Of a DNA stretch of 64,000 nt, positions 9,440-19,207 are shown piece after piece. Source of the stretch: a virus (taxonomy: Duplodnaviria > Heunggongvirae > Uroviricota > Caudoviricetes); IMG/VR virus record IMGVR_UViG_3300008267_000033, positions 64,001 through 128,000 of that record; one strand, given 5' to 3'. The notes beneath the pieces are model-generated. The model did no database searches and had not been told where the DNA came from. It saw only the letters and a list, made by a program, of their open reading frames with translations. Numbering within the stretch: position 1 is the first letter of the stretch; every line of letters begins with the position of its first letter. The position numbers were made by a program, and so were the translations under genes.

Positions 9440-12096
9440 TCGAATGAGAATAATGATGTAAATGTGTTTTCTGTGTTGGTGGCAGCGGCCAGATCCCAAT
9501 CCAACACGCCCAACAGATTGTCAATCTTTTGATCCACCACAGTGGCTTCCATCTCTGTGTCATCAAAAGGCAAGTCCTTGAACCACTGCGGCAGGTGCAT
9601 CTCGTCTGTGGGATAGCCAATTGATGTCCAGCCTAGAGCATTGCTTCGCAGTTTGCACACAATGGTCTTCATGCCGTCAACCACCTGCATGCTATAGTTG
9701 TCTGAATTCATTCGTCGCAAGTTGTTCCAGTTCAAGGCCGCACGTACATGCCCAGGCATGTTGGCTTTGCCCAGGCGTTCTTCTTCCTTGCCGTACTTGG
9801 TCAAGTTGTTCACACGCTTGGGCGAGCCTTTTTCCCAGCCTGGTCGCTCTTTGAATTCATACTTGAACTCACGCACACGTTCGATAATTTCATCACGTTC
9901 AGCACCAGACAGCACTTTATTTAGAATTTCTAACAGGAAGTCTTGAATAACTTTGGGTGTGTCACTACGCTTTAGATCCAGGCCAGTGGCCTTGGTCTTG
10001 CCAATTGCACCGTTGACATCTAGCCGTTTGTTTTCAATGTCAATGGCATTCACAGCATAGCGTTTCTTGGTGATAAACAGGCCACGGTCCGCCACTGTTT
10101 CACGTCCAGCCCGGATCAAATCTCCCATGTCTCTGGGGCAGTGGAAAGCACGTTCCATGAATGCTGGAAATGAGTCATTCACCTGGTCAGCAATGCTGTC
10201 GTACAACTGGATACAGATTTCTTTTGACCAGGCCATGCGACCTTCGGCAACTTCTTGTTTGAGCACAGGCCATGCTGAAAAGTAACACGAGTCTGTATCA
10301 CCATAGATCACTGCCCGACCCACATGATCGTATTCGCCAGTGATACATTCATTCAAGTGTGCATCCATGTGTTTGGCAATACTACGCCCAGTCAAGGTAG
10401 TTGATTGTCCAATACGTTTGTCAAAGAACCTGCAGCCGGGATTGAGAATAGCACCATACAAACTGTTCAAGTTAATCTTCTTGACCAGCTGGCGTTTGTC
10501 CCAGAACGCAATCTCTTTGGCATCTCGAGCTTCTTTCTTTTTGGCCTGCATTTCTTGACGTTCACGATACCAGCGTTCCAGCAGGCCTGGGATAACGCCT
10601 TTCTTCTCGTAGGTGAATATGGTACCATTTGCACTCAAAACCCAAGGTTGGTTAGAATCAAACAACATGTACCAAATTTCAGCACCCGAGTGTACAGTCT
10701 CTTCACCTGACTGCCAGTCAATGGTGATCTCTGTGCCACGTTGCTGTTCCATTACTGCTGTGTATTCTAGACTTGCAAACACACCTTCCCATGCAGCCGC
10801 AAATGAGTCACCCTTGGACATTTTGTCTTTGATATACCTATCAGTCATTACGGGGCGCAGTTGACCTATAATGGTTTCTGGACCCATGTTCAACGCACGA
10901 ATTGCCGACGGATATAGACTGTTGATGTCAACCGACCCAATCCACTCATGTAATCCTTTCTTGGGATACGCCACATAAGCACCGGCTGCCTGCGTATCGT
11001 CATCTGTAAGACGCTGTTGTCGATTGGGCACAACCATGCCACGTTCATGCGCTTCGTTGATGATGGCCTGTTCAGTCACAGCCACAGCACCCATTGTGGT
11101 GGCCAACAGCACAGTGTTGGCATGTGCCAGTTCGCTGGCCAGTTCCAAGAAGCGTAATTTCTTGTCCAGTTTGTCCAACAACAAGGTATCTTGCCTGTTG
11201 TATTCGATAAAGGTCTTGAAGTGCTGGTTGTACAACTGATCCAGTGTGCCTTCAAACTGTGTCTTGCGCTCACCCAGTTCGTACTCAGCAATGGCATCCA
11301 GGCTGTAGCTATGACGCTCTTCATAAGTGTACTTGCGATACAGTTGCATATAGTCCATATGCACACGACCCACCAGGTCATAGGTTTCATTCTCAGCACC
11401 AAAGCGTTCAAACACACGCTTCTTGGGAAACTGTCCCCACAAACAAAAACGTCTGGTGTCGTCTTTGCTGAGTACTCGAGTGATACGATTCACTGTGTAG
11501 GGTATGTCATAGCCTTCCGAGTTCCAACCGCTCAGGATGTCTGCATCTTCGATCAGGTCCAAGAACATCTTTAACATTTCTGACTCAGACTCGCACAGCA
11601 CAGTGTTCTCAAATTCTCCACAGATCTCACGAGCAGTCTCTGCACTCATGTGGCGCGGGGCCACCACCAGTGTGACCAGTTGCTCCAACCAATTCAGATA
11701 TACCGATATGGCAGTGATGGCATTGAAGGGATCTGTAACAGGAGAGAATCCACGCACTGGATCAAACGCAACTTCAATGTCAAAGAACGCTGTGTTCAGT
11801 GTGGGTGCGTCTTGATCTTTGTAGTTTTCTTCAAAGCAACGGAATATGGGATTGATATCCGATTCGTAGATTTGTCGCCCGCTTTGTGCTCGAACTTCTT
11901 TGCGAAACTCTTTGTTGTTGCGTGTGCTGAACCTTGACACAGGTGTGCCGTAGATGCTTTGAAACTTGCCTCGAGCATCGTCGTAGTAAAAAACATAATT
12001 GGCAGGATATTCCCGGTACTGCCTTTGGCCATCGCGGCGTTCTACCACGTGAATGCGATCGTGCTCACGATCAAATAGTGCGTCAATATAGCTCAA
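9436..12096 (-). CDS. Family B DNA polymerase
   Basis: Exonuclease FFDIEV, GWNSEGYDIPY, YNRQD; polymerase DINSLYPS, KINLNSLYG, YGDTDS, KKRYA; no intein. Confidence 0.97.
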   Translation of the reverse strand: MSYIDALFDREHDRIHVVERRDGQRQYREYPANYVFYYDDARGKFQSIYGTPVSRFSTRNNKEFRKEVRAQSGRQIYESDINPIFRCFEENYKDQDAPTLNTAFFDIEVAFDPVRGFSPVTDPFNAITAISVYLNWLEQLVTLVVAPRHMSAETAREICGEFENTVLCESESEMLKMFLDLIEDADILSGWNSEGYDIPYTVNRITRVLSKDDTRRFCLWGQFPKKRVFERFGAENETYDLVGRVHMDYMQLYRKYTYEERHSYSLDAIAEYELGERKTQFEGTLDQLYNQHFKTFIEYNRQDTLLLDKLDKKLRFLELASELAHANTVLLATTMGAVAVTEQAIINEAHERGMVVPNRQQRLTDDDTQAAGAYVAYPKKGLHEWIGSVDINSLYPSAIRALNMGPETIIGQLRPVMTDRYIKDKMSKGDSFAAAWEGVFASLEYTAVMEQQRGTEITIDWQSGEETVHSGAEIWYMLFDSNQPWVLSANGTIFTYEKKGVIPGLLERWYRERQEMQAKKKEARDAKEIAFWDKRQLVKKINLNSLYGAILNPGCRFFDKRIGQSTTLTGRSIAKHMDAHLNECITGEYDHVGRAVIYGDTDSCYFSAWPVLKQEVAEGRMAWSKEICIQLYDSIADQVNDSFPAFMERAFHCPRDMGDLIRAGRETVADRGLFITKKRYAVNAIDIENKRLDVNGAIGKTKATGLDLKRSDTPKVIQDFLLEILNKVLSGAERDEIIERVREFKYEFKERPGWEKGSPKRVNNLTKYGKEEERLGKANMPGHVRAALNWNNLRRMNSDNYSMQVVDGMKTIVCKLRSNALGWTSIGYPTDEMHLPQWFKDLPFDDTEMEATVVDQKIDNLLGVLDWDLAAATNTENTFTSLFSFE

Positions 12097-13190
12097 TGGG
12101 ATAGTACCTGTGTAAAAAATTCGTCAAAATACGTTGCATGGTGGTATCTTTGCTGCAACCTTGCACAAACATCTCGATTGTGCATACTTCTATTATATGA
12201 TACCGATGCATTAAAGTCAATGGAATTTTGTTCAATAACTTCAAGTAAGTGCTGTTGTCGTTGTTGCCACGGCGCAACATCAATACTATCATGATGGTCA
12301 ATTTGAAATCCAATAGATTGTAGTTTTTCTACCGCTCGTGTCTGCATAAACAATAATGGAATAGCCGGAAAGCATATGGCACGTATGGCTTTTTCTCCAA
12401 TGAGCCAACAGTCTGTGGCTGGATTGGTAGCATAAGTTTCAAGCACCAATGAATATTTACTATCTTGGATATATAGGGCAAGATCCAATACTTCTAGAAA
12501 GTTTTTGTAAGGTACCTGGCTACGCAGTTCCGTATATGCTTGATGAAAATGCGGTAGTTGATCTAAGTGATAGTTATAATGAATATAATCAAAAAGTTCT
12601 ACTCCTGTAAGTGAACTATATTCAGTCAACTGTGATAATAAAAAACTTACATGGCCTTTTTCAAGTAGTCCTTTGAGGTGCAAAAAATAAAACCAGGATT
12701 GTCTAACAGATTCAACACGTTGTATAAAACAATTATACAATTTTTTTGGGTTGTAGTTAACAGTCACTATATCTTGATATGATCCATAAATGGCATGCAA
12801 GGTAGGATCACTGTAAAATTTGACAAACTCTAAGTCATCAAATTCAACAAAATTGTCAGTAAAAACAAACATGGTAACACCAAGTTTCTGCAGTTGTTTG
12901 TTTTTAGAATACCAATACTCCGTTGGAGGTAACAGGTCACACAACCATATTTGAACTATTTTAAGTCTATTGTAGCGTAAACTGATTTTATTAGGATCTG
13001 TTGTATAGTTGATATTATTTTTTTTACACCAAAAAGATACTTGATCCAGCAGCAAATTACGTTCTTTCCGCCAGACATGCATATCGTGAGAATCAATCGG
13101 TGGTTGATTGTACAAATAAGTCTCCGTTTGTGGCCGGTATAGCCTTGTTACATGTTCGTGACGTGAACGACTCGTTGCTGTTCGAAGCAA
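12093..13190 (-). CDS. Glycosyltransferase-like protein (paralog 2)
   Basis: KYSLVLET...LIGEKAIRAI..IPLLF resembles 478 and 20067; AT-rich; start codon uncertain. Confidence 0.45.
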   Translation of the reverse strand: MLRTATSRSRHEHVTRLYRPQTETYLYNQPPIDSHDMHVWRKERNLLLDQVSFWCKKNNINYTTDPNKISLRYNRLKIVQIWLCDLLPPTEYWYSKNKQLQKLGVTMFVFTDNFVEFDDLEFVKFYSDPTLHAIYGSYQDIVTVNYNPKKLYNCFIQRVESVRQSWFYFLHLKGLLEKGHVSFLLSQLTEYSSLTGVELFDYIHYNYHLDQLPHFHQAYTELRSQVPYKNFLEVLDLALYIQDSKYSLVLETYATNPATDCWLIGEKAIRAICFPAIPLLFMQTRAVEKLQSIGFQIDHHDSIDVAPWQQRQQHLLEVIEQNSIDFNASVSYNRSMHNRDVCARLQQRYHHATYFDEFFTQVLSH

Positions 13191-13198
13191 TATTTATA
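13191..13198 (-). promoter_or_regulatory. T4-type late promoter TATAAATA
   Basis: Exact TATAAATA on the minus strand directly upstream of 12093..13190. Confidence 0.6.
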
Positions 13199-13454
13199 GC
13201 GTCTTGCCCACTGTTTCAAGAATTGTTTCCAACAGTTCTTGATCTTGTTTGGTCTTGCCAAATTCGGCCTTGTGTGCCACTCTGATGGCTTTTTTCAACA
13301 CAGCCGGTTTGATTTCTAATTCCTCTGCTATGGCCTTGATGGTGTCGGACAGGCCGCCTTGTAGTGTATCAATCTCGTGCATGACAGCCATGCCTTCGTT
13401 GATGATCTGGGTGAGTTTGATCTTTTGTTCGCCGTTGAATGTTTTGGTATCCAT
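13194..13454 (-). CDS. T4 DsbA/GapR-like dsDNA-binding protein
   Basis: 86 aa helical, IKAIAEELEIKPAVLKKAIRVAHK; AGGAG RBS. Confidence 0.6.
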   Translation of the reverse strand: MDTKTFNGEQKIKLTQIINEGMAVMHEIDTLQGGLSDTIKAIAEELEIKPAVLKKAIRVAHKAEFGKTKQDQELLETILETVGKTL

Positions 13455-13490
13455 GTGTACTCCTAAAATGCAAGTATAACATAAATTTTG

Positions 13491-14273
13491 TTAATTGCAA
13501 CCATCTGATTGCTCATTATATAATACGTTGAGTTCAATCAGCAAAGGTATTAAAATTTCACGCGGCCAGCGTTGTGGCCCATCCAATCCAGGATGAAATC
13601 CATCTGGTGTCAATAGCCCACGTTTAACACACCAGTCTCCAAAATAATCAGCAGATGCTAGATTCAACCATCTAGAGCGATCTATTTTTAATCCCATTTT
13701 GGCAAGAGTATTATCAATATCTACATGCACAGCATCAAAGTAAATTTCGTTGGATGCGTAATGCAAGAATGACGTAAAAAAGTGACAAATATTTTTACTG
13801 TTAAGATAAGATGCTAAATTGGTCATTGCTAGCCATGTTTGCAACCCCAAAGTATACTCGTCTTGAAATTTTGAGTAATCTGTTAGAATTTTATCTACAC
13901 CTATTGGATTTGTAGTATTCCACCAATTACCACCTTGATGTAATCGACATGATGGCGCATATAGATAGTTCCAAGTATATTTTTTCCTAGGATCAATCTC
14001 AGTAGAAACGGTGAAATCAATTCTTCCAGTGCCAGACCACATGGCAATGACCAACACGTCTTCCGGAGGTAATTGGGTTTTTTCAAGATACACAATTATG
14101 CTGTTAGCAATATGTGTATTACCAGCGCCAGCGGTGGCAAGATTATGAATGATCATGTTGGTATCTTTGGCTAAAATATTTGGCCAATTCCAATCGCTGC
14201 GGTCAGGAACATGCTCGTTGGTAGTAAAACTACAACCAGACACAACTAAATGTTTATATCGTGATTTCATCAT
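13491..14273 (-). CDS. SGNH/GDSL-like hydrolase (paralog 1)
   Basis: LVVSGCSFT (block I), NLATAGAGN (block II), C-terminal DGFHP (DxxH). Confidence 0.6.
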   Translation of the reverse strand: MMKSRYKHLVVSGCSFTTNEHVPDRSDWNWPNILAKDTNMIIHNLATAGAGNTHIANSIIVYLEKTQLPPEDVLVIAMWSGTGRIDFTVSTEIDPRKKYTWNYLYAPSCRLHQGGNWWNTTNPIGVDKILTDYSKFQDEYTLGLQTWLAMTNLASYLNSKNICHFFTSFLHYASNEIYFDAVHVDIDNTLAKMGLKIDRSRWLNLASADYFGDWCVKRGLLTPDGFHPGLDGPQRWPREILIPLLIELNVLYNEQSDGCN

Positions 14274-14287
14274 TTTTGACTATATAT

Positions 14288-14360
14288 GCTCACTTTTGAG
14301 TCCACGGTAGCGAATCGCTTTCTCAGGCCAGCAGCCGGCCCACACGGTCCTAAGGTAGGT
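14288..14360 (-). ncRNA. Candidate structured RNA element (unassigned)
   Basis: GC-rich stretch starting at the upstream gene's stop with three tandem hairpins: GGCCGG-CTG-CTGGCC (14326-14340), AGCG-ATT-CGCT (14309-14319), CTCA-AAAG-TGAG (14289-14300); no U-tract. Confidence 0.35.
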
Positions 14361-16530
14361 GTGATCGGTTGAGTGATTCGTTCAGGCCTTGAATCACACG
14401 TTGTATTTGTTTGAGTTTTAGATAGTTCTGTTCAGCGTCACGGGCTGCATAGTAGGCCTGTCCGTCTGCACGTTCGTAGTTGGGATCTCTATTGAGTTCG
14501 GCTCTACGTACCAGTTCATCAATGTTGGGGTACTTTGCTGTCAAGTCACGTTGCATTTTTTCAGCATCTTGTGCAGGTGGTGTGTATGGTTGGCGTCTAG
14601 CATCTGCACTGGCCAGGCCTTTGGTTCTGTTGGCAATGGTTCGATCGGCAGCAGCGACTTTTGTAGGATCATCACGGTCAAAGAATCGGTTGGTCTGAGC
14701 CATGGCCCGACTCATCATGGCTTTTTTACCATAGTCGCCTAGGCTGACTTCTGACACACCTTGTTTTCGCGAGTCGACATACGCTTTGTATTCTTTTTGT
14801 GCTGCTTGATGCACTGTATGATTTGTAGTGAAATCTTTATACTTGTCGCCTTGCGTCAGTACCCATGTGGCAAAGTCAAACCACTCGACCCCGGTATCAT
14901 TGTTTGCCTCTGCCACACCTTGCTCCGCAGTGACCACAGGTTTGCCACTTTTTCCTGTGTTGGCACCAAGTCCAGACACTTGGCCTTTGGTACCACGGCC
15001 ACCGGCTGCACCAATGTGTGCGGAACCTTGCCAACGTTCGCCTTTGCGTGGTTTGGCTGGTTTGAGTCGTTGTACTTGGCCACCACGTGCTAGGAATGCT
15101 GCCACAGCGTCATCGTCTTCCGCCATGCCTTGCTCTTTTTTGACAACAAAAACTATGTTTTGAATTCCAGTATTGGGGTCAGTGTATGTGCTCTTGAATA
15201 CTTTGCCGCCGTGTTGTTTAGCGTGATCAAATGCTTCTCGCTTGTTGTCAAATCTATTGGCAGGCGGACTGATCATTGGACTGGCTTCCTCTGCCAGGGA
15301 ACCTTTTGCTGCAATCTTTTGAGTTTCTGGTCCAACTTTGGCATAGCTATTCTTTGGATCATAGATACCAACTTTTCCACTTCTATCAGTGGCAATAGTA
15401 GCACCGTTGATCATTTTTTGTGTTGCAAATCTAGCTTCAGGATAACGATTCAATACTGATTCTTTCCATCTTTCTAATGACACAGCCATCAGTGGTTTTT
15501 GTGAGTTCATTGCCGAAGGTCTGGATGATGCCACTGCCCCGGCATTTTGTGGTACTGATTGTGGTCTGGGTTTTCCTGGCATGTAAACAGATCCGGACGT
15601 TACACCACCGGTTCGTTGTATGCCAGTGGCCTGTTCAGGATCTCTTACTATACTAACTTTTTCTTTAATAGCCAGTGGTTTGTTGGGTTTTGGCTCAACG
15701 TCAACTATATCATCGTTATTATTAGGCTTTGGTGGCTTAGTAGGAGCAGATAATTGCTGACTGGTGTGCCATTGATTTGCTTGTGGTCTAATTGGCTCGC
15801 CTGTATCTGGGTCAAAATTGGCCTGTGGGCTAGGTTGGGGTGCTGGTTCATCCTGTAGTTCTGATTCAGGTTTAGCTTTTTCTCTTTCTGCTTGACGCAT
15901 ATTGAATTCAGCTTTCATCTTATTCAATTCATGTGTGTCAGCATGAAGAATCTTTTCCATGTCTTGTTGGTGACCCATCTGTAACTTACGCAGATCATGC
16001 AAGTATTCTTTTTCAATCTTGGCTATTTCATGTTTGCGTTCAGCTTCGGTGTTGGCTTTTTCCCAAGCAAATCGTTCCATCTCCATTTTTTCTTTATGAA
16101 GTTGTTGACGCTGTGCTTCAAAGTCTTGTTTGGCCTGACGTTGTAATCCTCTTCGGTCAGATGCACTCATAGTTAATTCATCTGCCTGATCTAATTCTTT
16201 TACTTTTGCGGCATGTAGTATATCGTCAAGCTCTTCGCTACTCCAGCCATCCCATGTATACTGGCCGTGCCCTTCTTTATCTGACCACTTGTATTGACGA
16301 AACGGCGTCTTAAATCCGGCTTGTTGCAATGCTTTAGTTTTTTGGTTTGCATCCATCTCATCCCAACCCTGCAAGGCAGAATGGTTGACACCTTCCGCTA
16401 CACCTTGTTCATCAAGCCCGCGAGATTTGCGCCACCTGCGAATACTTTTGCCCTGATCACGTTTGGATCCAAGATCGCCAATGGCCTCCGCCGCGAATTT
16501 TTTGTTGTTGAATAAATCGTTGATGATCAT
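14350..16530 (-). CDS. Modular putative internal head polyprotein with four QGVAE-type junctions
   Basis: EQGVAEG, EQGMAED, EQGVAEA and KQGVSEV separate unrelated 40-370-aa modules; N-terminus MIINDLF. Confidence 0.6.
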   Translation of the reverse strand: MIINDLFNNKKFAAEAIGDLGSKRDQGKSIRRWRKSRGLDEQGVAEGVNHSALQGWDEMDANQKTKALQQAGFKTPFRQYKWSDKEGHGQYTWDGWSSEELDDILHAAKVKELDQADELTMSASDRRGLQRQAKQDFEAQRQQLHKEKMEMERFAWEKANTEAERKHEIAKIEKEYLHDLRKLQMGHQQDMEKILHADTHELNKMKAEFNMRQAEREKAKPESELQDEPAPQPSPQANFDPDTGEPIRPQANQWHTSQQLSAPTKPPKPNNNDDIVDVEPKPNKPLAIKEKVSIVRDPEQATGIQRTGGVTSGSVYMPGKPRPQSVPQNAGAVASSRPSAMNSQKPLMAVSLERWKESVLNRYPEARFATQKMINGATIATDRSGKVGIYDPKNSYAKVGPETQKIAAKGSLAEEASPMISPPANRFDNKREAFDHAKQHGGKVFKSTYTDPNTGIQNIVFVVKKEQGMAEDDDAVAAFLARGGQVQRLKPAKPRKGERWQGSAHIGAAGGRGTKGQVSGLGANTGKSGKPVVTAEQGVAEANNDTGVEWFDFATWVLTQGDKYKDFTTNHTVHQAAQKEYKAYVDSRKQGVSEVSLGDYGKKAMMSRAMAQTNRFFDRDDPTKVAAADRTIANRTKGLASADARRQPYTPPAQDAEKMQRDLTAKYPNIDELVRRAELNRDPNYERADGQAYYAARDAEQNYLKLKQIQRVIQGLNESLNRSHLP
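14748..16410 (-). repeat. GVAE junction motif, 4 copies (14748-14766, 14907-14925, 15117-15135, 16392-16410)
   Basis: AAACAAGGTGTGTCAGAAG, GAGCAAGGTGTGGCAGAGG, GAGCAAGGCATGGCGGAAG, GAACAAGGTGTAGCGGAAG. Confidence 0.85.
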
Positions 16531-16532
16531 GA

Positions 16533-17204
16533 TTATCGTTCTTCTATGTAATCTGTGTTGCCGTTGCGTTGCTGTGCTTGACGACGAGCCTGATACAACT
16601 TCACTGCTATACCGGCATCATCCAGGCTGCGAAAGCGACTGGGCAAGGTCTTGCCGCCACGACGCAGTTCATATCCTTGGTCATCATTGCCACAACATTC
16701 CAAGGCCACACCGTCAGCCATTTCAAATGTGGCTACAGGTGCTTGTGGTGCGCCAAGTTTGTTGTCCACACCTAGTTCAGCAGCATGTGCCACTTCAGTA
16801 TCGCCCGGGTCACTGGGTCCTTGCATGGCAGCAGGATCTGTATCTATTTCTTCTTCAACTTCGCCACGTGCCACAGCGTCCTGTGCTTTGTCTTTCAAGT
16901 CACGGTCAACACGCACCTTCTTTTCCAAGCGATCCAGGTATTGTGTAAGGTCTTTCTTGACCTTGCTGATCATGTCTTCTTCAATCTCGGCCATTGCTTC
17001 TTCAAGAGCAGTGCGACGAGGCTCTGCACTATCGCCCACCATGTAGCCGTCCATGGGATGAGCAGGATCTTTTTTTGCACCCAGCGCACGAATATGCTTG
17101 GGCTTGAACAGTGCAGGCAACTGAGGTACTTTTTGTTGTGCAGGGCTCAACCGGCCCTCCACTGTGGCCAGCCGATCTAGGATTGATCTAATGTCGTTGC
17201 TCAT
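16533..17204 (-). CDS. Hypothetical acidic late/virion protein
   Basis: Start moved to ATG 17204 (MSNDIRSILDRL), which overlaps the dps stop. Confidence 0.65.
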   Translation of the reverse strand: MSNDIRSILDRLATVEGRLSPAQQKVPQLPALFKPKHIRALGAKKDPAHPMDGYMVGDSAEPRRTALEEAMAEIEEDMISKVKKDLTQYLDRLEKKVRVDRDLKDKAQDAVARGEVEEEIDTDPAAMQGPSDPGDTEVAHAAELGVDNKLGAPQAPVATFEMADGVALECCGNDDQGYELRRGGKTLPSRFRSLDDAGIAVKLYQARRQAQQRNGNTDYIEER

Positions 17205-17641
17205 GCTCGTTGGTCTTTCAAATAACTGGTCAACTGCCATTTGTATTTGCCATGCTGGCTGAGTCGTTGAGACAAAAAGTCTGCAATGCCCTGTTGATTT
17301 TCTTCTGTGGCCGACTCGAAACACATGTTCAGCAGGTCTATCATTTGATCATTGTTGGCCAGCAGTTCTTCAAGCATGAGTCGGGCACGTGGTACCTTGG
17401 TCTGCCCCATGATCTGTGTTAGTTCACTGTAGCGTTCCAAGCTGCCGGGCGCATATTCGCCCAGATATCTGATGTATTCGGCAGTGGGATCCAAGGCCGA
17501 AAACGCATCTTCATAAATTTTTTGCAGGAACTTGTGCAGCTCGCCAAAGTCAGGACCTTCCACATTCCAGTGAAAATTGTGTGCCTTGAGATAGTAGGCA
17601 AAATTACTGGCTAGTAGAATTTTTAAACTGTCCGCGAGCAT
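17201..17641 (-). CDS. dps: Dps family DNA-protection/mini-ferritin protein
   Basis: HNFHWNVEGPDFGELHKFLQKIYE...LDPTAEYIRYLG ferroxidase signature; C-terminal HGKYKWQL. Confidence 0.92.
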   Translation of the reverse strand: MLADSLKILLASNFAYYLKAHNFHWNVEGPDFGELHKFLQKIYEDAFSALDPTAEYIRYLGEYAPGSLERYSELTQIMGQTKVPRARLMLEELLANNDQMIDLLNMCFESATEENQQGIADFLSQRLSQHGKYKWQLTSYLKDQRA

Positions 17642-17822
17642 TATTATTCCTCTTGTATTCTTTAGGGGTATTCGGGGTTGGATCCGAATCTGTTGTATAT
17701 TTACCTGACAACAAGGAACCGCCAGATCTTGACACCATGCCCAAAGGTTGACTCACAGTGGCAATACCACCAGCACAACTGGCGCCTACTGATGCTGATT
17801 CTGCTATTTCATGCCAACGCAT
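17604..17822 (-). CDS. Small putative internal head protein
   Basis: N-terminus MRWHEIAES fits the shared M-x3-E-I-x-E leader. Confidence 0.55.
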   Translation of the reverse strand: MRWHEIAESASVGASCAGGIATVSQPLGMVSRSGGSLLSGKYTTDSDPTPNTPKEYKRNNNARGQFKNSTSQ

Positions 17823-18114
17823 CTGATATCTCCAAACTTGGGTTGCCTTGATAATTTATTATCTGTCCTGCCCCAGTGACAACTCTGTAATTGCGCACTT
17901 TAATGCAGCCATTAGTTTCATCCACAGTTTCAAACACAATGGGATATATGCCGGGTTGAGCCTGTATCTGAAACGACTCTTCAAGATAGCAGTTGTTCCA
18001 TATCCAGGTGCGTTCTGCAAACAGTTCATTGTTTACATAAGCACGATAACGAAATGGCTGCACTTGCACCTCGGCAGTGACATCGCACTCTACTTGAACA
18101 AAATATTTTTGCAT
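17809..18114 (-). CDS. Hypothetical beta-rich late protein
   Basis: ATG 18114 (MQKYFVQV) lies 4 nt after TAAATA (18119-18124). Confidence 0.65.
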   Translation of the reverse strand: MQKYFVQVECDVTAEVQVQPFRYRAYVNNELFAERTWIWNNCYLEESFQIQAQPGIYPIVFETVDETNGCIKVRNYRVVTGAGQIINYQGNPSLEISDALA

Positions 18115-18118
18115 AATG

Positions 18119-18146
18119 TATTTAGTCAAAAAACAGCCTATAAATA
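18119..18146. promoter_or_regulatory. Back-to-back divergent late promoters
   Basis: TAAATA on minus (18119-18124) and TATAAATA on plus (18139-18146), each 4 nt from an ATG. Confidence 0.7.
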
Positions 18147-18150
18147 CGCC

Positions 18151-19200
18151 ATGTTGAAACTCAGTGAAGTACGCAAGGTGCAAGTTGAATTGACCACACG
18201 TTGCAATGCCAGATGCCCCATGTGTATGAGAAACTATCGTGGCCTGGACTATAATTCAGGATATCCTGTCACCGAACTTACTCTGCAACAATTCCAACAT
18301 ATTTTTACACCTGAGTTTTGTCAGCAGCTCACAGGTGTTGAACCCATAATTGATGGGTTTCAAAAAAAGTATTTTGGACAAGCTGGGGTCAGTTTCAATG
18401 GCAATCTTGGTGATTTTGCAAGTGCTCGGGATGCCGTGGAAATAGTCGAGTACTTGACGCAACATCAGGTGCCAGTACATATCAATACCAATGGCAGCCT
18501 ACGCACACCAGATTGGTGGAGTAGACTGGCCCAGCCCGGTGTTACTGTGGGATTTGCACTGGATGGCATGGCAGACACACATCACCTGTACAGACAGGAT
18601 ACGGACTGGCACAAAGTTATTGCCAATGCACAAGCGTTTATTGACGCTGGTGGACAGGCATGGTGGCGATTTGTTCCGTTTGATCACAATCGTCATCAAG
18701 AAGATCAGTGCCGACAATTGGCAGCAGACCTGGGATTTGTAAAATTTGAAAACATCTATGACGGCAGAGACTCAGGACCTGTGTTTACCAGAACAGGGGA
18801 ATACAGTCACAGAATTGGCCAAGACTCGGGCCCACCAGATCACCAACCGCAGGTTGAAGATTTGTTGGCCAATCATGTCACATGGTTTGATTCGCGCACT
18901 ATTAAGTCTCACAAAGACGTGTCAGATTTAAATTTACGTTGCATACACAAAATCAATCGAGAAATATACATAGCTGCAGATGGTTCAGTATATCCCTGTT
19001 GCTATCTGGGATTCTACCCTGAAACCATGACCCACGCTGGCAACAGCCAAACAAAAGAATTGGTGCAGGAAAACAATGCACTCGAATATGACTTGGCACA
19101 TTGCTTGGAATGGTTTGATCGTGTGGAACGGACCTGGGCAAAAGACAGCATTGCCGACGGCAGACTGTATCAATGTGTCAACAGTTGCTCAATCACCTAA
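18151..19200 (+). CDS. Radical SAM protein with twitch/SPASM-like C-terminus
   Basis: [30 protein letters not shown]; C-terminal C...[14 protein letters not shown]...CVNSC; start moved to ATG 18151. Confidence 0.85.
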   Translation: MLKLSEVRKVQVELTTRCNARCPMCMRNYRGLDYNSGYPVTELTLQQFQHIFTPEFCQQLTGVEPIIDGFQKKYFGQAGVSFNGNLGDFASARDAVEIVEYLTQHQVPVHINTNGSLRTPDWWSRLAQPGVTVGFALDGMADTHHLYRQDTDWHKVIANAQAFIDAGGQAWWRFVPFDHNRHQEDQCRQLAADLGFVKFENIYDGRDSGPVFTRTGEYSHRIGQDSGPPDHQPQVEDLLANHVTWFDSRTIKSHKDVSDLNLRCIHKINREIYIAADGSVYPCCYLGFYPETMTHAGNSQTKELVQENNALEYDLAHCLEWFDRVERTWAKDSIADGRLYQCVNSCSIT

Positions 19201-19207
19201 GGAAAAT

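Noticed and set aside
9436-12096. Intein or intron in the DNA polymerase, or an NCLDV (eukaryotic giant virus) origin
   Set aside because: PolB motifs are contiguous at normal spacing (886 aa). Holin, spanins, SD sequences, sigma70 promoters and T4-type late promoters indicate a bacteriophage.
14326-14340. GGCCGGCTGCTGGCC hairpin as a Rho-independent terminator
   Set aside because: No U-tract on either side; kept instead as part of the candidate structured RNA.
17848-18150. N-terminal 101-aa extension of the radical SAM ORF given by the ORF track (similar extensions at 8501, 16533, 19076, 39203, 45786, 61229)
   Set aside because: These overlap real opposite-strand or upstream genes; internal ATGs with late promoters, SD sites or stop-start overlaps give better starts.
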